Origin: Octopus bimaculoides | Taxonomy: Eukaryota | DNA length: 64,000 nt | Direction of reading: 5' to 3' | NCBI RefSeq assembly: GCF_001194135.2 | Contig: NC_068982.1 | Location: 61,622,867 to 61,686,866, forward strand | Shown: in pieces, positions 35,366 through 49,290 of the stretch | Numbering within the stretch: the first letter of the stretch is position 1 | How the letters are laid out: each line of letters begins with the position of its first letter | Program-made: the position numbers and the translations under genes | The notes under the pieces: generated by a model | Database searches by the model: none | Seen by the model: only the letters and a program-made list of their open reading frames with translations | Told to the model about the DNA's origin: nothing

Positions 35366-35828
35366 TGTAATGCTTATATATTCACATTATTTTGAATTAC
35401 TCATGTATTGTCTTGTAACTTTGAAATTTTAATAATGTGATTCTTTACCCAGGAATGACATTGTAGGGTAGGTGTAAGAGGCCAGGTCTGGNNNNNNNNN
35501 NNNNNNNNNNNNNNNNNNNNNNNNNNNNNNNNNNNNNNNNNNNNNNNNNNNNNNNNNNNNNNNNNNNNNNNNNNNNNNNNNNNNNNNNNNNNNNNNNNNN
35601 NNNNNNNNNNNNNNNNNNNNNNNNNNNNNNNNNNNNNNNNNNNNNNNNNNNNNNNNNNNNNNNNNNNNNNNNNNNNNNNNNNNNNNNNNNNNNNNNNNNN
35701 NNNNNNNNNNNNNNNNNNNNNNNNNNNNNNNNNNNNNNNNNNNNNNNNNNNNNNNNNNNNNNNNNNNNNNNNNNNNNNNNNNNNNNNNNNNNNNNNNNNN
35801 NNNNNNNNNNNNNNNNNNNNNNNNNNNN

Positions 35829-36188
35829 GGGTTCATTCCCACTGCATGGCACCTTGGGCAAGTGTCTTCCACTATAGCCTCGGGCCGACCAAAGCCTTGT
35901 GAGTGGATTTGGTAGACGGAAACTGAAAGACGCCCGTTGTATATATGTGTATATATATATATATATGTATGTATGTTTGTGTGTCTGTGTTTGTCCCCCC
36001 CAACATCGCTTGACAACCGATGGTGGTGTGTTTACGTCCCTGTAACTTAGCGGTTCGGCAAAAGAGACCGATAGAATAAGTGCTAGGCTTCCAAACAATA
36101 AGTCCTGGGGTCGATTTGCTCGACTAAAGGCGGTGCTCCAGCATGGCCGCAGTCAAATGACTGAAACAAGTAAAAGAGTAAAAAGAGT
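35829..36188 (+). mobile_element. SINE family A (5' end in gap)
   Basis: Matches the A consensus. Confidence 0.9.
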
Positions 36189-36733
36189 ATAGATTCAGGA
36201 TGGTCTCAGGCAGGCTGGTATAAAAAAAGCTAAGGTACCAAGATGGGGGAGGGACCCAAATGGCAGCTACATGTTTGCTTGTATGAAGGAGAGAGAGGGA
36301 GAGAGAAAGAGAGAGAGTAAATAATAGACAGTGGAAAAAATGATCTGTGGTAGGAAGGTGTGGTGGTTATCAATAATGGATCATCAAGGGGAAAGAGAGT
36401 GATAGTTAGCAACATAGAAGCTTATCAATAGGGAGTGGCCTGAGGGAGGGGAGCAGTTGTGTTGTCTAGCAATACAGAGGCATAAACAGAGAGGTGTATT
36501 AGATACCTTGGTAGCATAATTACTCAGGTAGCATAATTAGAGTGAAAAAGAAATAGACATATGTTGATGGTGGTGGTGAGCATTGAGTATGGTCACATCG
36601 GATGTTTCTCTCATTACATAGGTAGCATGGTTCAGTGAATAGAAGAGGGGACAGTCAAGAGACCACAGGATATTGAATAGGCAAGAGAAGCAGCAAATGG
36701 GAACTTATGAGTTTGTGTGTGTATGTATGTACA

Positions 36734-37128
36734 TAGGAGTGGCTGTGTGGTAAGTAGCTTGCTTACCAACCACATGGTTCCGGGTTCAGTCCCATTGCGC
36801 GGCACCTTGGGCAAGTGTCTTCTACTATAGCCTCGGGCCGACCAAAGCCTTGTGAGTGGATTTGGTAGATGGAAACTGAAAGAAGCCCGTCGTATATATG
36901 TATATGTATATTTATGTTTGTGTGTCTGTGTTTGTTCCCCCCACCATCGCTTGATAACCGATGCTGGTGTGTTTACGTCCCCGTAACTTAGTGGTTCGGC
37001 AAAAAGAGACCAATAGAATAAGTACTAGGCTTACAAAGATTAAGTCCTGGGGTCGATTTTCTTGACTAAAGGCAGTGCTCCAGCATGGCCACAGTCAAAT
37101 GACTGAAACAAGTAAAAGAGTAAAAGAG
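36734..37128 (+). mobile_element. SINE family A, full length
   Basis: taggagtggctgtgtggtaag...gactgaaacaagtaaaagagtaaaagag. Confidence 0.92.
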
Positions 37129-37169
37129 TATACTATTGGGCAGCTTTTGAGCTTTTGAATGGGAAGATC

Positions 37170-37253
37170 TGCAAACAGATCTCTGACTTGTTTTGGAGAA
37201 TTTGTTGCAGTTGCTTCCTCCAGACTCATATCCCAATGATGATCATATTCATT
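37170..37253 (-). mobile_element. Helitron Rep/Hel fragment
   Basis: NEYDHHWDMSLEEATATNSPKQVRDLFA matches the Helitron motif D..HW..TL.EA....SP.QLR.LFA. Confidence 0.65.
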
Positions 37254-37508
37254 GCTAAAAAGCATGTAAAAAAATCGCCAAAACCAATTGCAGTAATAAA
37301 AACATAGGAATCATGGTTTTAATTTACTCACAGAGTCAGCTTGATTCCAGAATGGTATGATATGTTGGGCTACAGCCTCTAGGAGTAAAGTTGAAAAAGT
37401 GTGACACACTGACATTCACATTTATTATATTGGATATGTTTAATTTTGGGAAAACTGTATTTCAATTAAAGTGCATGTGTGTGTATATGTATATGTATAT
37501 ATATGTAT

Positions 37509-37549
<41 letters not shown>

Positions 37550-37773
37550 TGTATGTATTAAAGAAAGCAAAAAAATAAAACAAAAATGATAGTGTTCAGT
37601 ATGCTAACCACAGGAATTTCTGTCCAAGAAAGTTGTACATCATCTCCCTCTTTCTCTCACATACCCACTCTTTCCCTCTCTCTTATTATTACTCCCATTG
37701 CCACCATCAACATTACTACTTTTAATAAAACATCATGAACTCTCCTTAAATTTCTTTGTCTCTCTTCTTCTCC

Positions 37774-37817
<44 letters not shown>

Positions 37818-38029
37818 TCACCACCACCCTCACTATCTCTATGTCTACTATTACTCTCACTCCAGCACAAGGAAGTGTCATTGAATTGTGAGAGCGGTGG
37901 GTCAAAGTGTGACACACTGACACACAGAAATTAGTTTTTGCATGAATTATATTAGATGTGTGTGTGTATGCATTCTTTTATTTTTTTATGTGTTTCAGCC
38001 AAAAGACTGCAGATAAGGCACCACTAGTA

Positions 38030-38560
38030 TTATCAATTTTTAATGACCATTCTTGAGTGATTGACTTTCGGTGAAAGTGAGAGTTCAATATTGCTGCCCT
38101 CTTTTGAGTTTCTTTCAGTGATGTAGGTTCATCTGGGACCTTGGGCAGTAGTAGGTCAAGTTGTTCCTTGATGCAATCATCTTGATGTAGCACTACTGGA
38201 TTGCCTCAAGTTCTGCAATTAATTTGACACTGTTGACCACAGTTGAGAGCAGTAGTTTAGGCAGCTGAGGACAGTCCTCTATAGAACCAGCATAGTTTCT
38301 TTGTTCCTTGTTTTGAAAGTTCTCAGAATCCATCTTACCATTCACTTGCATATTGCCACCATCTTGGGGATATGTTCACAGTGTGAGGCATTGTTGCTCA
38401 TATCAATCCCCAGATCATGGGATAGCTGCTCCTTTTGGTCCAAAGTATCTTTGTGGCATCATGTTAGTGCAAGCTGTCTGTTAGGAGAGGGCTTGGAATT
38501 TTCCTGCATTAAATTACGTTGTTTTTTTTTCAGCTCATTTATATGTCATCTAGATCTTTC
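38030..38560 (-). mobile_element. LINE RT C-terminal remnant (CR1/L2/Crack-group)
   Basis: NAGKFQAL, DLGIDMSNN, WILRTFKTR.KE.ML.L, LNYCSQLWS, KEQLDLLLPKVPDEP, RAA..NS. Confidence 0.75.
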
Positions 38561-39624
38561 TGTAGAAGATTAGCATAAAAAATATATATATATGTATGTA
38601 TGCATGTATATGAATGTATACAGATATACATATGGATATATGTGTGTGTATGTATGTGTGATAATGGGGATCAGTTTTTCTTTCAAACATATATCAATGA
38701 CAACATGTTCAAGTTTGATGCTCTTTTTATGTATGATTTTTCAAATTTTCATATTAGTCTATTATGTTTAGTTTTAGAACTGAAACATTCCTAAATCCAT
38801 TAGTATATTAATGTATGAAGACATTACTGGTCTCATCATCAGAATAAATGCATGGCAATAATGACTTGTATGTGTGCTTTGTAGTATGCTGGAAAGGCTC
38901 GTGAGAATACTGATGTAACTGATAAAATCAACTTCATCAGGTTTTTAAATTATATAACTGTAAGTCCTGATAGATTTCAGGAATTACTTTATATCTGTTG
39001 AGTTTTTGTTTGTATCTTTGGTTTGTATTTTGCTATTAGTAAGGCTTCCATGGTTATTCTTCTCATATTTCATGGAAGTCCATATAAAATTGTGCTGTTG
39101 ACTTATAGTTCATTGTAAGCATGTAATAAATAATAAATGTTTCCTTGTCGAGCCATGCCAAGCTCGTGAGGGCTTGTTTCCTGGTTTCAATGGTGTATAT
39201 ATTCCCCACTTGGTTGGGACACCAGTCCGTAGCAGGATTACTCATTTTTGTCAGGTGAGTGGACTGGAGCAACATGAAATGAAGAACACAATACGTCACC
39301 CAGTCCAGGAATTGAAATCACATTCTTACAGATAATAAAGTGTCACACATTCATGCAGGCATGCATGCACACACACACACACCCCAGTAATTTAAAGATT
39401 TTAAACTTACAGTATTACATGTATGAGATTCTAATGTATATATATATATTTAGTATACAGGACACTCCCTTGGAGTATTTTCCCTCATCCATATAATTGA
39501 TTTATACACACCCGACCCCCCTTCCTCTTACACACACACTTGCTTATATATACACATACGTGTATGTATATGTGGGTGTATATAGATGTATGTAAATGAA
39601 TATATATATATGTATATATATGAA

Positions 39625-40045
39625 CCAACTTCGACGACTGGCACCCATGCCAACCTCTCTTTCATTGGACACTAAATTCAGCTTGTGAAGACCTGTTGGG
39701 GCGAGTGAAATCGAAATCCTAATTGAACCATATTCAATGACTGGCACCTGTGCCAGTGGAGCACTAACAACACTGTCCGAGCGTGATCATTACCAGAGCA
39801 GCTGTCTGGCTTCCATGCTAGTGGCTCGTATATAGCACCATTTGAGCGTGATCGTTACCAGCGTTGCCTTACTGGCATGTAAAAGCACCCACTACACTCT
39901 CGAGTGGTTGGCGTTAGGAAGGGCATCCAGCTGTAGAAACTCTGCCAGATCAGATTGGAGCCTGGTGCAGCCATCTGGTTCACCAGTCCTAAGTCAAATC
40001 GTCCAAACCATGCTAGCATGTAAAGCAGACGTTAAAAGATGATAT
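39625..40045 (+). mobile_element. RTE LINE 3' UTR and tail
   Basis: cgactggcacccatgcc...ggttggcgttaggaagggcatccagctgtagaaactctgcc...ccatgctagcatg..gttaaaagatgat. Confidence 0.88.
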
Positions 40046-40577
40046 CTATATCTCTCTCTCTCTATNNNNNNNNNNNNNNNNNNNNNNNNNATATATATAG
40101 TATAATAAGGATTCAGATAGAATCAGGTACTTGAACAGATATTCACCAGGTAGGGTTGGATAAACATGTGGTTCCGGTCTATGGTTAGTAGGTATCAAAT
40201 AGAATATTCTGGTTGTGTACTCAGAAAACCAACCCTATGTGTATTTAGCACCTAGGGGCTGGCCCAAAGCACGTGTTACATTGAATTGTACATTGTGGGT
40301 ATACTCTAGGGTGTCTGACAAGTCGTAAATCCCTTTGATGTATTATAATCAAATGAATGATAACATATGATGAATAATTGTCAGCTCATTACAGCTGTTT
40401 AATGTGCATCTTTTTAATAGAAGAATGAGAACATTACCTGCATTACAAAAAACCATAATCATTAGATGGAATGTAATTTTACAAACAAAAGATTATCCAA
40501 AGAATACAGCAGGGACATGGCTGAAGTCTGTTGAGACCATCTATGAAATGGGAGAATAACCAACAAGGTTATTCATT

Positions 40578-40617
<40 letters not shown>

Positions 40618-40887
40618 TTAAACATATGGTCACACTCATATGAGGTTACATATTGTTTGCCTTATACTGTATTTAAGAAATAGTCATTCAATTTAGTGTT
40701 AGCTGTTGTTTTATACGATGTCTAAGTTGCTTGTGGCAAGCAGAAACATATATTGCATTTGGAAAGCTTGTTGTCTAATTTTTGTTTCCTCAGTTTCTGT
40801 GAGAGATAAGTGTCCATTTCCTTTGTCACGGAATAGTTGACAGAAACAAATGTTCTCATGGTTAAGATGCCAGTCTATCACAGGTTA

Positions 40888-41115
40888 ATGAGCTGGCAGA
40901 ATCGTTAGCATACCGGGTGAAATGCTTAGTGGTATTTCGTCTGCTGCTACATTGAGTTCAAATTCTGCTGAAGTCGACTTTGCCTTTCATCCTTTCGGGG
41001 TTGATTAAATAAGTACCAGTTACGCACTGGAGTTGATGTAATCAACTTAATTCCTTTGTCTGTTCTTGTTTGTCTCCACTATGTTTAGCCTCTTGTGGGC
41101 AATAAAGAAATAAAT
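40888..41115 (+). mobile_element. SINE family C (long-tail variant)
   Basis: gagctggcagaatcgttagca...gcctttcatcctttcgggg...ttgtgggcaataaagaaataa. Confidence 0.9.
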
Positions 41116-42199
41116 ATTCTAAGATAATCTGGCATCATTTTTTCTTGATATCTTAGTGAACTGAGGTAACATAGAATAAAGTACCCAATTCAGAAATACA
41201 TCAGTAGATTTGAACTTACAACTTATGTACATGTAGTCTCATGCTTTATCTTCTATTTTAACTCTACTTGGCATTTAAGTCATCATGGAATTATCAGATA
41301 TATCAGACATACATACAGTTTAACTTTTTAGATACTAACTTGTCTGAAATTACTCCTAATTCTATGAAACAAAACCTAATGTTTTGAAATGTTCATACTT
41401 AAAGTAAAACCTCTGAACATAACTTAAAGCATAGTTTCTTTTGTTATGTTCTAAACATCAAATCATTTATGACAATGTTTGTTATTTTACTAAATGCCAA
41501 CAAATTCTTATATATTTTGAAGTCATAGGCAGTGTATTTCTTTAGAAATATGGTCAGGAAAAAGCTAAAAGTACAGTATTTAATGGCATTGCAACATGGG
41601 GAATATTCAAAACGGGGGAAAATTTATTGAATGTGTAAAGGGAAGAGTATTGAATGAACACTGTTAGGCTAATATATCATCTGGGAATTAAAGGTACTAA
41701 ACATTACGAGTAAAAAGTAAATTTAACATAGTAAGGGATATATGTGAGAAAAATGTTAGAATAAAATTGGGTCAACAAATGTTGGTATCAGTTGACAGTA
41801 ATCATTATGGGGATAATATGGCACAGGAAGAAATTTGAAACAATGTAACTTTATATTTGAATGACAGGGAATAGGCAGATAGAAACTGTTTAATAGATTA
41901 GTCTAACATACGCAAGTTTGATTCATGTAAGTATGGAAAAGCTAATGTGCTAATTAACAGTCAAATAATAATAATTATGAAGAAATCTCAAAATTTTTTT
42001 CATGTTTTTATGTTTTATATTTTTATGTTTACAATTGTATTCAGTGGATAAATACTATTTCTTAAGTAAATGAAGGGGTCTACAGATTTTAGTGTGTTTT
42101 GTTTGACTGGTCTGAATGAATCCCCCTAATTGTAGGAATTGGCATAAAGACCAATATCTTCTGTTGCTTTTACGATTTCATGTTAAAAGATGATGGCTT

Positions 42200-43449
42200 C
42201 TGAGATGAGTGTGATACAATCAGCATAATTTGCATCTGATGTTGTGTTTGGATAACGAGGTAGAGATGGGTTTCGTTAGAGTGCACCTAACTTTTTTAAT
42301 ATCATCATTTGAAATGCAAAGGATGGAGTCCAGGCAGATGTTGAAGAGAGCTTTTATCCTGTTGGTCAAATTAGTTATCATTATCAGATACTGGTTTCCA
42401 GTCAAGTGTTTTTTCATGTTGGGGAACAGATGGAGCCAAATCAGGAGAACAGGCTGACCAACCTGTTCAGAGTCGCAGTCACACACAGCTGCCATTGAAA
42501 CCAAGGACTTGTGTGCTGGAGCATTGTCCTGATGAAACAAGACCCCTTTCATCAGTTTTCCTGGGTGTTTGGTCTTTATAACCTTTTCTAACTGCCTCAG
42601 CAAGTTGGCATAGTACTCTCCATTGATGGTGTGACCCATTTCAAGATAGTCAGCAAATACAATCCCCAAAAACTGAAGCCATCATCTTCCCTACAAATGA
42701 AATGATGGCTTTTTTTGGAGCAGGTGAGGAGGGTGTTTCCACTGCATGAATTGTCTTTTTGTCTCTGGCTCAAAATGACAAACCCAGCACTCATCCTGGA
42801 TGAGGAAATGTTCAAGGAAACCAGCTGGATCTGCATCAAGCAACGTCAGATTTTCCTGTAATGTGATCAGCCTGGTGTGCTTTTGATGATGTATTAGAAG
42901 ACATGGTACCTACTAAGCAGAAACCTTCACCATGCCAAGTTCATTGTGCAGAATATTCTCAACTCTCTCACAAGATATGCTAATAGAATTGACTATTTGA
43001 TTTATAGTCAATCACTTGTTATCCATCAGCATGTGGTAAACATAGCCAATGTTTTCCTCATTGGTGGTAGTTAGAGCATGTCCAAACCTTGGGTCATCTT
43101 CACAATTCACCCTTCCCCTCCTAAATTCATTTGCCCACTTTTGAAAACTTGGTAGAACTGGAGTGTCAGCTGCTAATGTAGTAACCATGTCAGCATAAAT
43201 GCCCTTGGGGCCTAGACCCTTTCTCTGCAGGTTCTTGATGACACCAAAATGCCAAATTTTGTTGATTTTCAAGAGAAGTCACAACTAGTTACTTTTGAAG
43301 TCTTCTTTGAACAGGCCGAATATCAGTTTACCTGGGAAGAAACAATGCAGTTATTAATAAAAAGAGTTGAAATTAATGGATGCAAAATTTCACAGCTCTA
43401 GCATCACTTCTTCATAGTCAGCCTATGAACTTTTCAACCCACCATCATA
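42200..43449 (-). mobile_element. Mariner transposon remnant
   Basis: 5' TIR tatgatggtgggttgaaaagttcataggctgac (ends at 43449); IYADMVTTLA, WANEFRRGR..EDDPR.G, GIVFADYLEMGHTINGEYY, FHQDNAPAH. Confidence 0.88.
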
Positions 43450-43675
43450 CCTGCCAGAGACTCCAATTTCTTTGACATGTCTTCAATATCTATCTGGACT
43501 CCATCTTTTGTATTTCAAATGACAATATTAAAGAAGTTAGCTTCACTCTAATGAAATCCACAAGAAGTGAGTAGACTGCAAGGGGGACTATGTTGAAAAA
43601 TAAACCTCATTTGGTGACATTCCATGAGAGTATCTTGGCCATCTTATGAACTTTTCAGCTGGCTCTCATTATCAT
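43450..43675 (+). mobile_element. Mariner 3' end fragment of the same family, opposite strand
   Basis: ...VDCKGDYVEK* followed by ttatgaacttttcagctggctctc (3' TIR). Confidence 0.75.
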
Positions 43676-43699
43676 ACTTTAGATTCCTTGTTTTTGTAG

Positions 43700-44130
43700 A
43701 ACATCATTACTGCTGCCATTACTTCTTGATGTACACTGCTTGTAAAAAGAATTTGTTGCATTTTGCCTTGAGGACGAAAGAATTTGTCTTACAAATACAT
43801 GAGCTATTCTTGATATCTTTAGCATCATCAGGAAGTCATCACTACAAAGAAAAAGCATCTGACCAAACAAAAATTCTATGATAATTTTGCAATCACTGAA
43901 GTTATTAGGGAGAGATGCAGACATTTTGCAGGATATTGTTGGAGAGTTAAGAACGAAATTAATGATACACTCCTGTTGATGCACAACATTGATATACATG
44001 GGTTAGCCCAACTAGCAAAACCTTCATCAACCAGCTATGTTAAGATACTGGATGTTGCTCTGCTGACCTTCTGAATACTCTATGAAGTTGTGAAGAGTGG
44101 CATGACTGAGTTAAGCAAATTCAAAAAAAG
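43700..44130 (+). mobile_element. Second RTE-clade LINE C-terminal remnant
   Basis: KKHLTKQKFYD, TEVIRERCRHFAGYCWRVKNE, DTLLL, HG resemble the RTE tail motif IR.RRLRFAGHCWR. Confidence 0.6.
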
Positions 44131-44296
44131 TTTGACCAGATGTAAAGGTGATTCTATTTTACTATTTGTCTTTCTTTTAATGACACTATTCCTAAGTTTG
44201 CTCCCATTGGACATCCATATATAAACAGTCATGTTTGTTGCATCTTTAAATTAAATCATCACATTAATTCTATAGAGTGTGTGATTAGTTCCATAC

Positions 44297-44507
44297 CCCT
44301 TTAGCGTTTAAACTGGCCATACCCAGTGCAAAAGTTCTACCTGTTTGACATTCAAACTAGTCAGATCTAGTTTTGCACACCTACCTTATAATGTCATTCA
44401 AAAACTAAACATCAAAATATCAATGTTATGAGATAATGCATGATTGATTAAAAACAAGGTAAATAAACAAACATTAAATTCGACAGCATAATCTGAATGC
44501 TAAAGGA
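44297..44507. mobile_element. piggyBac-type MITE; second copy ~50016-50235
   Basis: Termini ccctttagc.tt / aatgctaaagg(a/g) followed by TTAA; shared internal sequence between the copies. Confidence 0.7.
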
Positions 44508-44631
44508 TTAAATGTACAATGTGAACAATATAAAGAATACTGGAGACCACTTATCAAATCAAATCATTACCTAGGAAGAATATATGACAAAAAAAAAATG
44601 TTTTTAAACCATAATATCTGTTATAATCTTT

Positions 44632-45020
44632 TATCTTTTATGTATTTCACTCATTAGACTGTAGCCATGCCAAGGAACTGCCTTGAAGAATTTAGTTGAA
44701 CAGATCAACTCAAGTACTTATTGTTTTTCATGTCTTGTACTTATTCTATTGGTTTCTTTTGCAAAACTGCAAAGTCACAGGGACATATACAAATCAGCTC
44801 CAGTTGTCAAGCAGTGATGGAGGACAAACACAAAGCCACCCGTACACATCTATACAACAGACTTCCATATAGTTTTTTGTCTACCAAATATACTTGCAAG
44901 GCATTAGTCAGTCCAAGGCTATGGTAAAAGACACTTGCCTGAGGTGCTGCACAGTGAGAATGAACCTGAAACCATGTAGTTGCAAAGTGAGCTTCTCACC
45001 CATACAGCCATGCCTGTACC
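44632..45020 (-). mobile_element. SINE family A, diverged
   Basis: tttcactcattagactgtagccatgcc...aagtgagcttctcacccatacagcca. Confidence 0.75.
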
Positions 45021-45959
45021 TATGATGAACAGACTAGAATTATTTTCATACCATCGCATTTCACATTGGAAAAAAGTTTTCAGTTGCTAATCATATAGTG
45101 CTAGACAAAATGTAGTAAAGAAAGAATAATATAAGCTCCTTTACAAAGTGGGTTATGGCTGTCATCATACATTCCATACCTTTCATTTTAGATAATATTA
45201 ATATGTCTAAATGTAAAAAAACAAACAAGCCCAGAAAAAACAACAAAGAAAAAAAAAACAAAGAAAAAATTCAAAATCTTGAGAAATGTTAAAAGCTTTT
45301 GAGTGTAGGTATATTATAATAAGTATAGTGTTTAATAGTCATACTGTTAGATAAAAAGGAAACCTGTTATAATCATTACCATAATCATCAACATTGTTAT
45401 GGAAAATGACCTTATTTGATATATAAGAAAGGAAAAGAAGTTGAGAGAAATTTGATACTTGTATTCTCAATGTACAGTCAAAATAAAATGTTTTTAGAGA
45501 CATTTCGTAAAACTGCATAATGTTTTCAACAAGTTGAAATAGCTCTAAAATAATAAATCTGACTGAAAATCTACAATGTTAAAAAAAGATAAAAAATAAA
45601 GGAACTTAACCAAATAGACTATTCGTTAACTATTTCAAATAGACTATTTCTTAATAAACTATTCCTTAACTATTCTAAGATAACAAAAGTTGTTAATAAA
45701 TTCTCTCTGCAAATATTTAGGCTGAGCAACTTAAAAAAAAAAAATGAAAGCAAACTAAGACATGCAAAAAAGCTGATAGTATTTCTTTCACATATTCTTA
45801 ATTCTGCCTCTGCTGCAGTATTATATTCCTGGCAGTGACACTTAGCTTTTGCTGACCCAGCCCATCTGTCTTTGATGACTGACTCGTTGACTTGCAATAC
45901 AGTGGTCATATACTACCATGCTTTATAGCTTAAGAAAACACTGTTCGGAAGACAGCAAC

Positions 45960-46400
45960 GCTGGCTGCCCTTAATAGTTTAATGTATTACATTTGCATGC
46001 TGAACAAAGGCAACATCATAAAGACTGGCTCTCCTCTTCAAACCGAAACCCCCCCCCCAAAAAAACCTACTAATCCTCTACAAAGCTTAGGTGAGATCCA
46101 CAATGGAGTACTGCTTCCATGACTAGGGAAGTGATGTGTAATACACATTTGGCAGATTGGTATAAAATTACTCAACATACTCTAACCTCTGGCCTACAGA
46201 CATACTTTCTCTTCTCTACCTTTTCTACCACAACTACAGTGGTCTTTGTTCTTCAGATCTGGCTGGTATCATTTGACTTCCACTAAAGCATTCCTAACTT
46301 ATTTATCTCCCCTCCTCTTGTCACCTTCCCTAGCTCTGCCTTATCCACTATGTTGTATCCTTTCTTCCAGAATGTTGACCCTCTTGCATTCGCTCCATGC
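45960..46400 (+). mobile_element. LINE RT C-terminal remnant (possibly the same family as 25105-26215)
   Basis: LLILYKA.VRSTMEYC and a LSLFY.Y-like segment. Confidence 0.55.
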
Positions 46401-46444
46401 ATGTTTTTTCTTTGGCTGTTAACTTGCAACTATTCATGAATAAA

Positions 46445-46665
46445 TATTGGTTTCAAATTTTGGCACAAGGCCAGAAATTTCGGTGGAGGGTGGGAGCAGA
46501 AAGTTGGTTGTATCGATCCCAGTGCTCAACTGGTACTTATTTTATTGACTGAAAGGATGAAAGGCAAAGTCAACCCTAGCAGTATTTGAACTCAGAATGT
46601 TAAGTCAGAAGAAATGCTGCTAAGCATTTTGTCTGGCACATAAATGATTCTGCCAGCTTGTTGCC
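46445..46665 (-). mobile_element. SINE family C (short-tail variant)
   Basis: tggtttcaaattttggcacaagg...ggatgaaaggcaaagtcaacc...ctgccagctt. Confidence 0.82.
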
Positions 46666-47034
46666 TTATTCATGAGTAATATTAACTGCATCAATCTCAC
46701 CAGCCTTGGGTGGCTTGCAGTGGCCATGGGCATAGCCTGTTCTTCCAGATAAGTCATTAAAAGAAAAGAAAAAGAGGAATTTATTTTGATTGATGACTGA
46801 TGACAGAAAATATGAACAATTTGATAATGTAATTCAAAACTTTGCTTGATACTCCCATGCTTTTGATCACGAAAAAACATTTAGACTAATGATAAAATTT
46901 ACTATTTAGTAAAGGAAATAATGTAAAGTATATACTTATACTTTAAAATATTGAGTAATAAGAGGTAAATATTGAGCAAGTTTTGCACTGAATGTTTTAC
47001 ATCACTCACTTCATAATACAGAAAAAAAGCCACA

Positions 47035-47200
47035 AGCGTGGCTGTGTGGTAAGAAGCTTGTTTCCCAACCACATGATTCTAGATTGACTCTCACTGCAAG
47101 GCACTTTAGGCAGGTGTCTTCTATTAAAGCCTTGAGCTGACCAAACCCTTGTGAGTGGATTTGGTAGACAGAAACTGAAGGAAGCCCAACACACATATAC

Positions 47201-47273
<73 letters not shown>

Positions 47274-47470
47274 CTTCAGTACTGCTTGACAACTAGTGCT
47301 GGTGTGTTTATGCCCCTGTAACATAGCAGTTTGGCAAAAGAGACCGATAGAATAACTATCAGGCTTAACACAATGTAAGTAATGGGGTCAATTCATTCAA
47401 CTGAAAATTCTTCAAGGTGGTGCCCCGGCTTGGCCACAATCTAATGACTGAAACAAGTAAAAAAAGATAA
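47035..47470 (+). mobile_element. SINE family A with expanded internal (TA)n(GT)n
   Basis: Matches the A consensus. Confidence 0.88.
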
Positions 47471-47829
47471 CATTGATAAACTAGCAGTGGAGCAAAATCT
47501 TTAGTATAGGAGTAAGATCTTTGACACTCAATTTCCATCCAAATTTTGTGAACTGCTCTTTTGGCTGATTAAAAGCAATATTGTATCTTTGAAACCAACA
47601 ATGCCATTTAATAACTGTCTCATTGGTGTCAGAGATTAAAAGGAAAGAAAGGAACGGTTAATGGTCAAAATTAGATTTTGTCCAAGAAATAGTTTTGCAG
47701 CCCTTGTTTTTGTTTGCATTCTTTTGTTTCTTTCTTCAGACATGAAATTATCTCATACAAGCACAGTAAACAAAATTACTTGTAAAATATATATCTCCTT
47801 TATATATATATATATATATTGGTGTTTAT

Positions 47830-49290
47830 CATTATTATTATCATTCAGTAGTCTTATTTTAATCATGTGCTTTCACTGCACTAACGAGTACAGCTCTGTG
47901 TGCCTTGGGTATGTATTGTGGTTTGTTGTGATGCTCTTATTGTTACTGTATTGAAAGTGTTTTATGTAGGATGTGTGTGGTGCCTAGTAGTACTATTTTC
48001 TGTATGTTATATATATTTGTTATTCCTGGTATTTTTGTTATCAAAGGCAGGTTAACTAGGAAGTTAGTTTTTGTATGTGGCAGATGTTCAGGTGCAATAA
48101 AGACTGTAAACAAACAGGAAACAACTTCTATCTCATTCCAGGGTGAAAAACTAGAGGTAGTCGATAGCTTCCGCTATCTGGGCGACCAAGTTAGTAGTGG
48201 GGGTGGGTGCGCTGAAAGTGTAGCTGCTAGAATAAGAATAGCCTGCGCAAAGTTTAGAGAGCTCTTACCTCTGCTGGCGACAAAGGGACTCTCACTCAGA
48301 GTAAAAGGCAGACTGTATGACGCATGTGTACGAACAGCCATGCTACATGGCAGTGAAACATGGGCTGTAACTGCTGAGGACATGCGTAANNNNNNNNNNN
48401 NNNNNNNNNNNNNNNNNNNNNNNNNNNNNNNNNNNNNNNNNNNNNNNNNNNNNNNNNNNNNNNNNNNNNNNNNNNNNNNNNNNNNNNNNNNNNNNNNNNN
48501 NNNNNNNNNNNNNNNNNNNNNNNNNNNNNNNNNNNNNNNNNNNNNNNNNNNNNNNNNNNNNNNNNNNNNNNNNNNNNNNNNNNNNNNNNNNNNNNNNNNN
48601 NNNNNNNNNNNNNNNNNNNNNNNNNNNNNNNNNNNNNNNNNNNNNNNNNNNNNNNNNNNNNNNNNNNNNNNNNNNNNNNNNNNNNNNNNNNNNNNNNNNN
48701 NNNNNNNNNNNNNNNNNNNNNNNNNNNNNNNNNNNNNNNNNNNNNNNNNNNNNNNNNNNNNNNNNNNNNNNNNNNNNNNNNNNNNNNNNNNNNNNNNNNN
48801 NNNNNNNNNNNNNNNNNNNNNNNNNNNNNNNNNNNNNNNNNNNNNNNNNNNNNNNNNNNNNNNNNNNNNNNNNNNNNNNNNNNNNNNNNNNNNNNNNNNN
48901 NNNNNNNNNNNNNNNNNNNNNNNNNNNNNNNNNNNNNNNNNNNNNNNNNNNNNNNNNNNNNNNNNNNNNNNNNNNNNNNNNNNNNNNNNNNNNNNNNNNN
49001 NNNNNNNNNNNNNNNNNNNNNNNNNNNNNNNNNNNNNNNNNNNNNNNNNNNNNNNNNNNNNNNNNNNNNNNNNNNNNNNNNNNNNNNNNNNNNNNNNGAA
49101 AGCGGATGTTAAACGATGATGATGATGATGATGATTTGAATATTTTTTTATTATACCTAAGGCACCTACTATGATAGGAATTGTTTCTGTTTTTAGACTC
49201 CACAATTGAGTTATCTCTATTTCCAGGTCTTTGTATTTTGAAAGTTTCTCCATTTCTTTTAGAGAAATGTTGTCATCTGTTAGCATTGAT
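47830..49290 (-). mobile_element. R4/Dong-like RLE non-LTR retrotransposon 3' end, interrupted by an RTE insertion
   Basis: DDNISLKEMEKLSKYKDLEIEITQLWSLKTETIPIIVGALGIIKK (49140-49290) continues as ITKIPG..IQKIVLLGTTHIL (47965-48040); (AAT)n at both ends. Confidence 0.8.
48042..49134 (+). mobile_element. RTE LINE 3' portion (mostly in gap)
   Basis: GRLTRKLVFVCGRC..KLEVVDSFRYLGD..LSLRVKGRLYDACVR, homologous to 11090-11420; tail aaagcggatgttaaac(gat)n. Confidence 0.92.

Noticed and set aside
37130-37265. Minus-strand exon-like segment with a good acceptor
   Set aside because: The peptide matches a Helitron motif, so it was annotated as a TE fragment
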